Source: a virus. Taken from it: 44,971 nucleotides of DNA. The notes under the pieces were generated by a model that saw only the letters and a program-made list of their open reading frames with translations, made no database searches and had not been told where the DNA came from. The stretch lies in IMG/VR virus record IMGVR_UViG_3300026487_000006. One strand, given 5' to 3'. The position numbers were made by a program, and so were the translations under genes. Every line of letters begins with the position of its first letter. The stretch's first letter is position 1. Shown piece after piece: positions 1 through 9,448 of the stretch.

Positions 1-127
1 AAATTATAAAGCACAACAACTCATCATAACGGATGCCGTAGCCATCGCCAGCCGCTTTCAACAGTCTTTTTTCACCTGTTTCACGTTTCTCCTTAACCTT
101 AACTTTATACGTTACGTCTACCTGGCG
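1..127. repeat. 127-bp exact duplicate of 44845..44971 (circularisation or assembly overlap)
   Basis: Base-by-base identity of the first 127 nt with the last 127 nt of the window. The duplication lies inside an ORF. Confidence 0.95.
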
Positions 128-2326
128 AGTACCTACTTGTTCCCCGCCCACGATAACAGGTTGGTCGGCTTTTCCTGACACTTCACGCTCAACTTCGACG
201 TCTTCGTAAATGTCTTCAAATTCATCGTCCCACTTGTCGTAACACAGGAATGCGTACATATCGGAATCCAGTCCATGCTTTACCAGCACATCACGAACGT
301 ACTGGGCACCAACACCGAAGTGATACCGCGCATTATCCTCACCTTTATCCGCAACTGCTTCCTTAAACTGAAACTTACGCATCATACCTTTAATTTCTAA
401 AGCAGCCTCTTTCTCTGCTTTTTCAATATCAAGGAAGTTTTTCTTTCTTACGTCGGATGTATTAATCGTACCGGTTGAGGCGTAAACCGTATTAAAGCGG
501 AATTGCGGAAGCCCCAGTGTTTTCGTCGCGTCAGTTGACGGGCGGAAGCTGTTGAATTCGGCAATATAACCCGGAGACAGGTTAACACTGATAGCTGCAA
601 GGGTTAAGGTGCCGTTGCCGGGTGTTGCATTGCCCCCCGTAGCTGAAATGCGCGCATCGTAATCAATGTCGTTGCCAGATGAGTGGAAATCTAAAGTTGC
701 GGTCGCCGCGGTGTCCCGACGCCCCATCTCGATATTCCCTTCCTTAGTTACGGCAAACGTTGTTTTATTGCCGTAAACATCTGGCTGGAACAGAATTTGA
801 AAATCTGAGTTAGCCTGGCTGTGGTACGTGGCCACCGAAGGCCAGATACCGTTGGCGTTTTTACCGGTGAACCCGTAGCCGGTTGCACCACGGCTTTCAT
901 ATCCTTTGTAGTAGTATCCACGCTGCATATAAGCAGTTTCACAACGCTTTGAACCGAGTGTAATTGCGTCATAGCACCATGTGTGCCACGTATCCGTCAC
1001 CGGGTCGTAGTCAAACTTCTCGTTACTAACGCCGAGCTCAAGCCCCACGGCGGCAATTGCGTGAGAATTGGAATCCATAAACACATTCGCATTCATGGCC
1101 CACGCTTTAGTAAACGGGTTAATGTTAACCCCCGTCCCGTTTGCGGGTGTTACTTTTGCGTGACTCGTCGCCAACCCATCGGCAAAATACCAACCCTCTA
1201 CGGTAAGAGACAAACCGTCTGTCGCCCAGCCAGTGAGAATGCCGGAGTATTTAGTAGGCGTATGTTTCGTGTCAATCACCATGCCTGTGCGCAATTTCTT
1301 AAGCTGGTCCGGGCTTAAGGCGGCCGCAAAAGTAACCGAAGTTGGCGTATAAGTACCTGTAGTCGTTGACCCAAGGATTGCCGGTGCGTAGTTTTCTGCG
1401 TGCAGACCAACTGAGTCGCGGTCGACATAAGTCGCAATCTGGTCAGGAGCAATTACCCCAAGAACCTGCGCCGGAGCTTCGGCACCACGGTTAGCACTAA
1501 CGCTAAACGAACAAGCACCGTCCAGAGTCCCGTGGTGCATAATATTGTTATTTCTTACACCTGGGCGGAAGATACGTCCGTTCAGGTTGTTTGGGTTAAC
1601 AAAAGTCGCCCCGGCGTCGCAAACCCAGGATACTGTCCGGCCGCCCGTATCTACCACAGAACTGAGCAAATAAACCCCAGCAGGGACTAAAACCTCGCAG
1701 AAGGGTGCGTGTGCAACCGGCGCATAAACCGAAGGCGCTAAATCTTTAGCGATAACAGCTTTAGCAGCTAAAGCGAAAGCGGCAGAATCGTCGGTAGAGC
1801 CGTTGCCGGTTGCGCCGAAATCTCTGACCGAAATTGATTCGGCGTTTTTATCGTGCTGTGTTCGGGCCACAGACGTTGCGAGTGTCGATTTAACCCCAAC
1901 TAAAGCATCGCCCAGGCCCACGGCAGCGGTGTTTAATAAATCGTCGCGTAGGTTTGGGTCTGTGCGGGGTCTCCAGTTTGAATCGGCTAGCGGGTTGGAG
2001 CCCGCGGGGATTGTTTTTGGTAATGCCCCCGCCCAGGAATACCACGCTTTACTAACACTGTCGTAAACCACTTTGTTGGCGTCGTTTACACCGAGCACAC
2101 CTCCGGACTGGAAGGTGAAACTGGCAGGCTCAAAACCAACATCACGCAGGATAGCAGGCAAAGTTTTTTGCACCTGCCCCGTGTTTTGGTTCGTTGCGTA
2201 ATCAATATCAGAACCGGAGGCAAGGCCGCCGGACTTACCAGTGATAACCTCCGCCTCAAAAATCTGGTTAGTCTTTGCTGTTTTTAAGTCTTCAAGTGAC
2301 AAAACGTCACCGCATCCGCTAGCCAT
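1..2326 (-). CDS. Tailspike/tail fibre with a beta-helix depolymerase-like domain and a C-terminal S74-type intramolecular chaperone. This is the 5' 2326 nt of a 2337-nt gene that continues across the circular junction.
   Basis: The minus frame is open from the ATG at 2326..2324 to the window edge. It is absent from the ORF track because it runs off the edge. My translation contains RDFGATGNGSTDDSAAF (nt 1775-1825), typical of pectate-lyase-like tailspikes. Its C-terminus reads ...INTSDVRKKNFLDIEKAEKEAA...YHFGVGAQYVRDVL...GIRYDELLCFII, resembling the self-cleaving endosialidase/tail-fibre chaperone domain. Confidence 0.85.
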   Translation of the reverse strand, partial: MASGCGDVLSLEDLKTAKTNQIFEAEVITGKSGGLASGSDIDYATNQNTGQVQKTLPAILRDVGFEPASFTFQSGGVLGVNDANKVVYDSVSKAWYSWAGALPKTIPAGSNPLADSNWRPRTDPNLRDDLLNTAAVGLGDALVGVKSTLATSVARTQHDKNAESISVRDFGATGNGSTDDSAAFALAAKAVIAKDLAPSVYAPVAHAPFCEVLVPAGVYLLSSVVDTGGRTVSWVCDAGATFVNPNNLNGRIFRPGVRNNNIMHHGTLDGACSFSVSANRGAEAPAQVLGVIAPDQIATYVDRDSVGLHAENYAPAILGSTTTGTYTPTSVTFAAALSPDQLKKLRTGMVIDTKHTPTKYSGILTGWATDGLSLTVEGWYFADGLATSHAKVTPANGTGVNINPFTKAWAMNANVFMDSNSHAIAAVGLELGVSNEKFDYDPVTDTWHTWCYDAITLGSKRCETAYMQRGYYYKGYESRGATGYGFTGKNANGIWPSVATYHSQANSDFQILFQPDVYGNKTTFAVTKEGNIEMGRRDTAATATLDFHSSGNDIDYDARISATGGNATPGNGTLTLAAISVNLSPGYIAEFNSFRPSTDATKTLGLPQFRFNTVYASTGTINTSDVRKKNFLDIEKAEKEAALEIKGMMRKFQFKEAVADKGEDNARYHFGVGAQYVRDVLVKHGLDSDMYAFLCYDKWDDEFEDIYEDVEVEREVSGKADQPVIVGGEQVGTRQVDVTYKVKVKEKRETGEKRLLKAAGDGYGIRYDELLCFII

Positions 2327-2337
2327 GTTGTACCCTC

Positions 2338-4911
2338 TTATAAGAAACCACTGCTGAAACCTTCGGAGAATGCGTGACCGAAAGGTGACACACCGTCATA
2401 CGCGTAATAATCATCTGTGTAGTTATACCCGGTAATCTTAACTGTTCTGTCGCTTCCGGGCTCTACTGTGGAAACAACTATCATCTGTGCATTATGCCTT
2501 TCTTCACTTCCAAAGGAAAATTCTGTTTTTAAAGCACTGTTGCCGGTGTAGATAGCTTCTTGCGGCGCGGAGGTCATTATCACCGTGCGGTCGTTGTGCC
2601 CAGGGACAACCCCCACACTTTGCACAGACCCATCCCTGCGTTTAAGAATTATTGTATGCTCGTCACCAGGAGTAAACTCTACGTTCTGGGACAGAACCAA
2701 AGTTAACCCATCAACGGCAACCACGTATCCGTCAAAAGGAGAGACACGTGAACCTTTAACCACGCTAATAGCACGGCCTGGTCGGGCAAAAACACCCTCT
2801 TCCATAGCGGTAAACTCAACGGCAACACGGTTAAGGTTATTACGCTGAAATCTTCGATAGGCCGCCCAGTACGCTTGCTGGTAGTTTCGAATACCCTTTG
2901 AGTCGTAAGTTTCAGTCTTTAAACCGCCAGTTGCGGGGATAGTTATTGTCTCTTTAATATTAGTCTTGGGGTCTATGTAGCTAAATTTCAAAGAATCATA
3001 GCGGTCTTTGGTATTGAAATTACGGGTCCATTTCTCCCCTGGCGCTTTGCTTCGATGTGTAAATACCATCTCAGGGCCTAATCGAGGTCTGTCGAAGTCG
3101 AGAAGAATCGCGCTGCCTTCACGATACGGCTTGCAGAAAATAGCGTCGCTAATGATGCTTATCATGTCCTGCATCGTAGCGTCATAAGAGTCAAACGTGT
3201 AACAGAATTGACCTGCTAACGCCGAACCAAAATAGAATTCAACTTCATTCTGAACCGCAATAAGCCGGTCCATGTTTTCGTTTGACAGATTAAGGTTACC
3301 GCATACGGGGTCCCGCAGAAGCCGTATTAACGACTGTATCGCCTGCGTATTGTTAGTTAAGTTAGTATCAAAAACACCGCCACCCAGGTAGCGATAAATT
3401 TTCTCGGTAACAACCAAAGCAAGCTTCGGAGATTTTATAGACGTCGCCCGCGGTGTCTGGCGGCGCGCAGTATGAATTGTTGTCCGGTTGCCGTAGTTAT
3501 TCGTATAGTCGGGCGTCTGTCCATAAAGATTATCGAAGGACACACTGTCTACTACCTGACCATTGAAATCAAAATCTTTGTTAGTAAGTCGCCTGGTACG
3601 GGCGCGGAACGCCGATTCAACCGGCAGCTCACCAATGATAGTAACACCTGTCTGGTCGCTGGAGCGTCCGGAAATATTGCCGGTGCTTTCGTACACAGGG
3701 CCATAAGGCGCTCCGGAATCATCAACAGCCTGGTACTGCAACAAGATATCGACCGAAGCTCTTTGCTTCGCCGATTTCCCGCTATCGCGATACATACCAC
3801 TGCTAGCGCCGTAGTTAGCAACGACTCGTTTACTTTTAACAAGGCTGATGGTAAACCAGTCTGTAAATGACTTTTCGACAAAATTAACAGGGCCTATAGA
3901 GCCTGTATTAGGTTTTAACTGTGCGCCGCTGCTGGTTATCGCGGCCCATACACTCATATTGGTGGAAACATCGATACTGATATCCACGCCACTCACACTC
4001 AACACCACATAATCTCCGCTCAGGTCTATTTCACCTGGTAAAGAAGCAGGGTCTGTCTTTATATTAAACAAACGCACACTGTCGCCCGCGGACATGTAAT
4101 CAGAGAAACCAGAGTCCCCCGTGGGGTCCGTTATAGTGCCTGTGGTGCCGATGCGCGTAGCGTATGACGAATCAGCAGTTGCCGCGTTTAGCTCGTTATT
4201 GGCTTTAAGTTCGGCACCATCAACTTCGTTAGAGACAGCCGTAATGTAAAGATTCTCGGTAATAAGGCCACCTATCTGAACCTGAGGTGAATGGCCGCTG
4301 TTAGGCGAAGTGTATGGTGCGTACACAGCAGCCGAAGAGCCTCCGATTTCAGCAAGTAAGGTGTCTCCGTCAGTAATACCGGAAATGGGTGTATCGAGGG
4401 GGCCGCGGCCCACGTCATAATACCCATACTCAATAACATTACCCGCAGCATCATATTTCTTATAGACCGTCATCAGGTCGTTCGGGATACTCTGCACAGT
4501 CCCGCAGATGTCATAGGTACGCTCATAAGGGCGTGGCTTGTTAGACCTGTCTGTGAGGCTGTTGTTAGGGCTCTGGCCCTGCTGGTTACTGGCAATGCCA
4601 GATGTTGCCGCCTGGGGGCTAATCAGCTTCTGGATGAGCTTAGTCACGCCTAACGGGTCGACGAAAAGCTTGAAGGCAAAGCTGTCGGCAAAGCCACCAC
4701 CAACGGACTCGACAACGAAGAATTCTGCCTCCTCTTTCAGGGCGTCAAAGTCTTCCGTCACGTCGTTCTCTTCACCGATAGCTTCGATGTAAATCTGGAA
4801 AGGCGTACCGTCAGGAATGTGTTTAATAACAAATTCCATTGGCGACATACGGTACTTTTTGCGGTCGAAGCCGCCTTCAGCATTACGTGCCAGGTGGTGG
4901 GTTATCGCCAA
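2338..4911 (-). CDS. Tail tip / host-specificity protein (lambda gpJ-like central fibre)
   Basis: 857-aa ORF located after the K-like gene and before the tailspike. The C-terminal half (..KFSYIDPKTNIKETITIP..AVEFTAMEEG..) resembles the J-type tail_3 domain. Start overlaps the upstream gene by 10 nt. Confidence 0.75.
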   Translation of the reverse strand: MAITHHLARNAEGGFDRKKYRMSPMEFVIKHIPDGTPFQIYIEAIGEENDVTEDFDALKEEAEFFVVESVGGGFADSFAFKLFVDPLGVTKLIQKLISPQAATSGIASNQQGQSPNNSLTDRSNKPRPYERTYDICGTVQSIPNDLMTVYKKYDAAGNVIEYGYYDVGRGPLDTPISGITDGDTLLAEIGGSSAAVYAPYTSPNSGHSPQVQIGGLITENLYITAVSNEVDGAELKANNELNAATADSSYATRIGTTGTITDPTGDSGFSDYMSAGDSVRLFNIKTDPASLPGEIDLSGDYVVLSVSGVDISIDVSTNMSVWAAITSSGAQLKPNTGSIGPVNFVEKSFTDWFTISLVKSKRVVANYGASSGMYRDSGKSAKQRASVDILLQYQAVDDSGAPYGPVYESTGNISGRSSDQTGVTIIGELPVESAFRARTRRLTNKDFDFNGQVVDSVSFDNLYGQTPDYTNNYGNRTTIHTARRQTPRATSIKSPKLALVVTEKIYRYLGGGVFDTNLTNNTQAIQSLIRLLRDPVCGNLNLSNENMDRLIAVQNEVEFYFGSALAGQFCYTFDSYDATMQDMISIISDAIFCKPYREGSAILLDFDRPRLGPEMVFTHRSKAPGEKWTRNFNTKDRYDSLKFSYIDPKTNIKETITIPATGGLKTETYDSKGIRNYQQAYWAAYRRFQRNNLNRVAVEFTAMEEGVFARPGRAISVVKGSRVSPFDGYVVAVDGLTLVLSQNVEFTPGDEHTIILKRRDGSVQSVGVVPGHNDRTVIMTSAPQEAIYTGNSALKTEFSFGSEERHNAQMIVVSTVEPGSDRTVKITGYNYTDDYYAYDGVSPFGHAFSEGFSSGFL

Positions 4912-5267
4912 AATTCAATCCTCGGATAGCGTTTACGAATATCGGTTAATGTTTCAAGTTTAACCTGTTTCGCTGCACGTTCACAGTGGCTGATATAACC
5001 GTTGTAGTATACGCCAGAGTGCCAGATAACCCGGCCCCCGTGGTCATAACCCAGCAGTACAGCATCATAGTCCTGCGGCGCGTCTACTTTAACCAGACCT
5101 TTACTATCAGCGTGGCCTGCGTCGAACATATCCTGTGCTGCCGTGGGGTAGAGCACGTCGAAAGCAGGAGTGTCGATTCCGGCGTCCGCACGGACGTTAC
5201 GGACGTGGTGCCAGCAGTTCCGTTTACGGAAATCATACGGCAACCCGGTATAGTCATTAATATTCAT
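4902..5267 (-). CDS. Tail tip assembly protein, NlpC/P60-like (gpK C-terminal-domain-like)
   Basis: 121 aa. Cys-His motif pair RKRNCWHHV ... VIWHSGVY typical of NlpC/P60. Sits between the L-like and J-like genes with overlapping stops and starts. Confidence 0.65.
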   Translation of the reverse strand: MNINDYTGLPYDFRKRNCWHHVRNVRADAGIDTPAFDVLYPTAAQDMFDAGHADSKGLVKVDAPQDYDAVLLGYDHGGRVIWHSGVYYNGYISHCERAAKQVKLETLTDIRKRYPRIEFWR

Positions 5268-5779
5268 GCCGCCAGAATCCCGCGCAGTAATGGGATTTCC
5301 TGCGGCGTCATCAGGATACCGGTCTGGCGCTCGTTAAGGCGCGGCACGCCGACATCAGCAGTGAATACACCTTTACTCTGGGAAAGCGACTGCAAGAGAT
5401 ATGAAACCGGACCGCGCGCCGGATAACTCAGGTCAGTGCTGACGAAGCCCCGGAAGGTAAACACCGGGGACTCTTCATCTGAAAGAGGAATACGCGCCAT
5501 CTCTTCATCGAGAAGATTACCAACATCCGGCAGCGTAAATGACGCCTGCTGGTCCATATCGTTGTTATTACCGCCGTCTTTAACTTCCATCGGCACGCCC
5601 TCAAACGTCACGTTCTCGCCTGTCTCCAGTGTTGCCGTTAGGTCAGTCGTACCGACTACCAGAAGATAGCGTTTAGAGAATAGTGAGTGTGTAATCTCGA
5701 CTGTCTCGAAGTCCATCTGACCTTCAGGATTAGAGGCCAGTTTCAGCTTGTACGCTGCTAATACTGAATCTTCACTCAT
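5264..5779 (-). CDS. Minor tail protein (gpL-like / DUF1833-like)
   Basis: 171 aa. Position between the M-like and K-like genes. ETVEITHSLF motif resembles DUF1833. Confidence 0.55.
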   Translation of the reverse strand: MSEDSVLAAYKLKLASNPEGQMDFETVEITHSLFSKRYLLVVGTTDLTATLETGENVTFEGVPMEVKDGGNNNDMDQQASFTLPDVGNLLDEEMARIPLSDEESPVFTFRGFVSTDLSYPARGPVSYLLQSLSQSKGVFTADVGVPRLNERQTGILMTPQEIPLLRGILAA

Positions 5780-5863
5780 CGCGACATCTCCTTTTAACCA
5801 AACGATAAGCTGTTTCTAAGTCTAAACGTGTTCGGGCTAAACTAAACCAGATTCTATGGGCTG

Positions 5864-6358
5864 TCATTGCATCGGGTCCCAGATTCGAGGAAAGGTCGTC
5901 TGCGCTACGCCGTAAGCCTTCAGGAAGCATCCTAGCTGGTCTCCATAGCATCCGAACAGGTCGGGCAGATTAGCCGTCAGACAGGTGTCCTCCTGGATTG
6001 CAGTGCGCTCAGCGGTGACTGTAAAAGAAATAGTCCAGTTCTTACCGTCATCGGTGCTTTCGTTAATCGTGCTCGTAATCATAACCTGATGCACAGCAAT
6101 ACCCAGGCCGCTGTCCAGGTACATGTTAAACGAGTCCGCACCCCCGTGAATGTTATTCAGAAAGCTAAGAAACGCCTGCCGTCCGAGGCCAGACGTAACC
6201 AGTGTGACAGAGAGTGGCACGGCCTCGAAGTAGATATCCCGCCCCTGCCTGGGAAGCCCGCCAGTAACTTCGTTACGGAAGATATTGCTGCCGCGTGTCG
6301 ACGAGTAGCCTTTGTTTACTATTGGCTTCAGAGAAACGGGTAGGAATAAATCGCTCAT
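5864..6358 (-). CDS. Distal tail / minor tail protein (gpM-like)
   Basis: 164-aa ORF immediately downstream of the tape measure gene (2-nt gap). Call is by synteny. Confidence 0.5.
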   Translation of the reverse strand: MSDLFLPVSLKPIVNKGYSSTRGSNIFRNEVTGGLPRQGRDIYFEAVPLSVTLVTSGLGRQAFLSFLNNIHGGADSFNMYLDSGLGIAVHQVMITSTINESTDDGKNWTISFTVTAERTAIQEDTCLTANLPDLFGCYGDQLGCFLKAYGVAQTTFPRIWDPMQ

Positions 6359-6360
6359 AA

Positions 6361-8595
6361 TTAATGCCCCGGCTGACCGCGGGTGCCGCGGCGCATCTTA
6401 GATATGGATGAATTACTATCGCCTAAATCGCTGCTGACAGTCTCGCGGATGATTAAGCGTAGTTTACCCTCATCCATCTGTTCTGTGGTAGCCGAATCAA
6501 TCTTTCCGGTGGTCTGATTGACAATCTGAATGTCTGGTATGCCGCTGCTTGACTGACCATTCTCGCCCATAATCTGGCGCATCTGCGCAGCGGTTCTTAC
6601 CCGCGACGCGCCTGCAGGCATGATAACCTCGGGCTGGCCGCGCTCGGCAATAGTCGACATCTGGCCCGCGGATAAGTTACCGCCCTGCTCACGCGCCGAA
6701 CGAATCTTAGCGACGTTAGCCAGACCCGCAGCAACGGCAGCTGCAGCAGCGATAGGGGCCGCAACCCAACCAACGATAGGGATAGCTGCTGCCGACTGGA
6801 ACGCGGCCACAGCACCCTGGTAGGTGTTCATAATCGCATTGGCGATGGCGAAGGCTTTATACATCTTGTTGCCTTCACCCAGGGCTGTGCGCAGATTGTC
6901 GGTCGTCTCCCCCAGCATTGCCGAGTATTCGGTGCTGCGCTTTTTATTATAGTTACCCGCAATAGCAACCAGAGAGCGTTGGTATTCCTCTTCACTGATT
7001 AGACCCTGATCCCGGTACTGTTTGGCGACTTCTTCCTTCTGCTTCTGCTGGATATCGTATAGCTCCAGTTCTGTGGCGTTCTGGCCCTGAATCTGAGCGA
7101 GGAAATTATCGCCTTTGTTATCTTTTTCTAGCTGGGCTTTTTTGCGTTTGTCGAGCTCCTCCTGGCGGGCAGTATCCGCCTCAAGAACGATTTGTGTTTT
7201 GGCGTCCTCGTATTCTTTCTGAGTTATAGCGCCCTGCTCATTTAACTCTTTTGCATTCTCAAGACGTTGGGATTCCGTTGCTTCGATAACCTTAAGGCGG
7301 TCAGTCGACGAACGCTGTACCAGGTCTAAAAAAGCATCGCCCTGTTTCTGCTCCCGCGCTAAAGCTGCGGCATCGCGTTTAGCCTTTGATTCTTCACGAC
7401 GCTGGGCCGCCTTGTCCTGACGGTCAGTCTTTTTCTTCTCCTGTTCGTCAATCTTAGCCACTTCGGTTTCGTATTGCTTATCGGCAGCGGCATTTGCACG
7501 TGACCGTTCAGCGTCACTAAGGCCTTCACGTTCTTTAATCTGTGCTTTAAGTAAATCACGCTCAAGGGCCGCCTGTTCTTTACCTTTAGCACCCCTTACC
7601 TCCAGACTACGGATATAGAGGTCGTTGGACGCCGCGTTCTTTTTATTGGTGTCCTCAACGATTGTTGTTAAAGATTTTTGAATGTTGCCGTTTTCTACGA
7701 CGGCCTGGTTAGCTCCCTGAACAGCACTGTTAAGCTCTACAAACCCGGAGCTTTGTTTACCTAAAGGTTTAGCCAACCCGTCAAGAGCCTTACCCAGTGC
7801 CGCGATGTTTTCACCACTCGCATTTTGTTGCACTGCGGCGAGCAGCGGCACAAGCGTTTTGGCCTGGTCCCGGGTAACACCAAGTTTATCTGCGGTTTTT
7901 TCCAGGTAGCCGTTAAGTGAATCAACTGCCGCGGCGGTCTTAAGCGAGTTTTCAGCACCAATAGCGTTACCATACCAAAGGGTGTCGCCCGCTTTAGCCG
8001 CAGCCTGCGCCGCCTGCTGCATACCTTTAAGTTGCTTGGCCGACGCGTCGGAAGCAGCCCCGACTTTAGCCTGAACTACGGCAGCATTAGCCCCAGACAA
8101 TATTAACTGGCGAAGCGCATCCGAAGCCCTATAGGCCCCGCTTGCAGTTCTTTCCAAAACCTGCTGTAGATTCTTCTGCGCTTCGGATAAATCTTTGGTA
8201 CTTATTTCAGCATCACCTAAAGACTTATACAAAGTTCCACCGATTGCAGAACCCAGAGCAATAACCGCGCCAAGAACTGCGCCACCGGGGCCTAAAACAC
8301 CGGCGAGCTGAGACGCCTGCTGCCCGAAAGCAACAAACACCGAGGTGCCGCTTTGGACCTGAACCACGAAATCCTGAATCTGGTAGCCTGCTTGCTGAGC
8401 CTTAGTCCCGAGACCTGACAACTTCGGCTCGGCTTTCTGCGTAGTGTTGCCGAGGTTGTCGCTGGCTTTATCGGCAGAAGCGGCGCTACTGGCAAAATTA
8501 TCCAGTTCTTTAGCGGCCTGTTCGGCCCCGTCTGTTTTTACTCTGGCTACTAGCGAAGCCGTATCAGCCATCTTCTCTGCCCTCAAATATGGCAT
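6361..8595 (-). CDS. Tail tape measure protein
   Basis: 744 aa. Long Ala/Gln/Lys-rich coiled-coil region, C-terminal hydrophobic Ala/Gly segments, and position after the chaperone genes. The ATG at 8571 (MADTASL, preceded by GAGGGCAGAGAAG) is a better start than 8595. Confidence 0.9.
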   Translation of the reverse strand: MPYLRAEKMADTASLVARVKTDGAEQAAKELDNFASSAASADKASDNLGNTTQKAEPKLSGLGTKAQQAGYQIQDFVVQVQSGTSVFVAFGQQASQLAGVLGPGGAVLGAVIALGSAIGGTLYKSLGDAEISTKDLSEAQKNLQQVLERTASGAYRASDALRQLILSGANAAVVQAKVGAASDASAKQLKGMQQAAQAAAKAGDTLWYGNAIGAENSLKTAAAVDSLNGYLEKTADKLGVTRDQAKTLVPLLAAVQQNASGENIAALGKALDGLAKPLGKQSSGFVELNSAVQGANQAVVENGNIQKSLTTIVEDTNKKNAASNDLYIRSLEVRGAKGKEQAALERDLLKAQIKEREGLSDAERSRANAAADKQYETEVAKIDEQEKKKTDRQDKAAQRREESKAKRDAAALAREQKQGDAFLDLVQRSSTDRLKVIEATESQRLENAKELNEQGAITQKEYEDAKTQIVLEADTARQEELDKRKKAQLEKDNKGDNFLAQIQGQNATELELYDIQQKQKEEVAKQYRDQGLISEEEYQRSLVAIAGNYNKKRSTEYSAMLGETTDNLRTALGEGNKMYKAFAIANAIMNTYQGAVAAFQSAAAIPIVGWVAAPIAAAAAVAAGLANVAKIRSAREQGGNLSAGQMSTIAERGQPEVIMPAGASRVRTAAQMRQIMGENGQSSSGIPDIQIVNQTTGKIDSATTEQMDEGKLRLIIRETVSSDLGDSNSSISKMRRGTRGQPGH

Positions 8596-9342
8596 CTATG
8601 CCCATTATTAACTCAGCCTCAAGAAGACTTAAGCGATGACCGGTCATTGTCTGGTACGCTACCAGGTCATGCCACGTAAGCATATCTCGCGGGTATAGGC
8701 GTATACTATCATCTGTGTTGCGCTGCAAGAACTTTAATCCACGATACTTCTCAAAGGTCCCGGTAAAAATAGAGGGGCACTCTGGCCCCTTATCTTCGCT
8801 ACGCCCGGCCTCTTTAATTACGCCCATCGCGATTAGTGCCGCCTCATGCCCCGCTGATATGCTGTCGAACTTTTGTCTTTTCTGCTTATCAACGAAGGAC
8901 CAGGTGGCGTAGTCATACAGCGCAATTACTTTGCGGATAATTCTTCTCGGCTGTCTACGTGGTGCTGCGCAACAGCACCGGCCAACCCGCGATACTGGGA
9001 GAGGAGTGTCAGAAGGGCTTCTTTACTGAAGGCGTCATCGAACGACCAACCGATAACGAGTTCGGCAGAAAGTTGTTTATTCAGGTCTTCAAGCCGGTAG
9101 CCGCGTTCGTCGTTGTACTTAGCAAAATTCTCTACCGCTTCACATTCTTTTTCCAGCGGGCGTAAATCATCATCCAATTTACGAACGGCTGCCGTGTACG
9201 CGCGGCCAGCCTGTACGGCTACATCACAATCCGGGCCCAACACCTGAAGCCACTCGCCAGAATCTGCGCCCGACGGCAGCAGGATTGGCATTTTAGTGCC
9301 TTCAGCGTGACGGTCTGCGAAATAAAAATCAGTAAGTTTCAT
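8564..9342 (-). CDS. Tail assembly chaperone fusion (gpGT-like) made by a putative -1 frameshift near 8929..8932
   Basis: The -1 frame relative to G is open from about 9013 to 8564, with no in-frame ATG, GTG or TTG between 8926 and 8827 and no RBS at the 8827 ATG. The last sense codons of G read GCA-AAG-TAA, which allows tRNA-Lys to slip from AAG to AAA. Confidence 0.55.
8926..9342 (-). CDS. Tail assembly chaperone (gpG-like)
   Basis: 138-aa acidic ORF directly upstream of the tape measure region. RBS AAGGATAAGATA precedes the ATG. Confidence 0.7.
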   Translation of the reverse strand: MKLTDFYFADRHAEGTKMPILLPSGADSGEWLQVLGPDCDVAVQAGRAYTAAVRKLDDDLRPLEKECEAVENFAKYNDERGYRLEDLNKQLSAELVIGWSFDDAFSKEALLTLLSQYRGLAGAVAQHHVDSREELSAK

Positions 9343-9448
9343 TATCTTATCCTTTGGTTAACAGGTTAGTGGTTAGAGTGTTGCGCCAGCCGGGAACCAC
9401 CCGGTTTTCAGTTGCGAGCCTAGGCGCACAATTATTCTATCAAATTAC

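Noticed and set aside
1-127. Interpretation of the 127-bp end repeat as a physical direct terminal repeat or an LTR-like mobile element boundary
   Set aside because: It falls in the middle of a coding sequence and restores a single ORF when circularised. The size matches a typical assembler k-mer overlap. This cannot be fully excluded without read data.
748-2066. Track ORFs 748..972(-), 983..1318(+) and 1803..2066(+)
   Set aside because: All lie inside or antisense to the uninterrupted 778-aa tailspike frame. They have no RBS and a biased composition typical of off-frame reading.
6597-8495. Several 67-77-aa ORFs on both strands within the tape measure gene
   Set aside because: They are nested in a long, well-supported CDS. 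Their Arg/Leu/Ser-rich products are characteristic of off-frame translation of Ala/Gln/Lys repeats.
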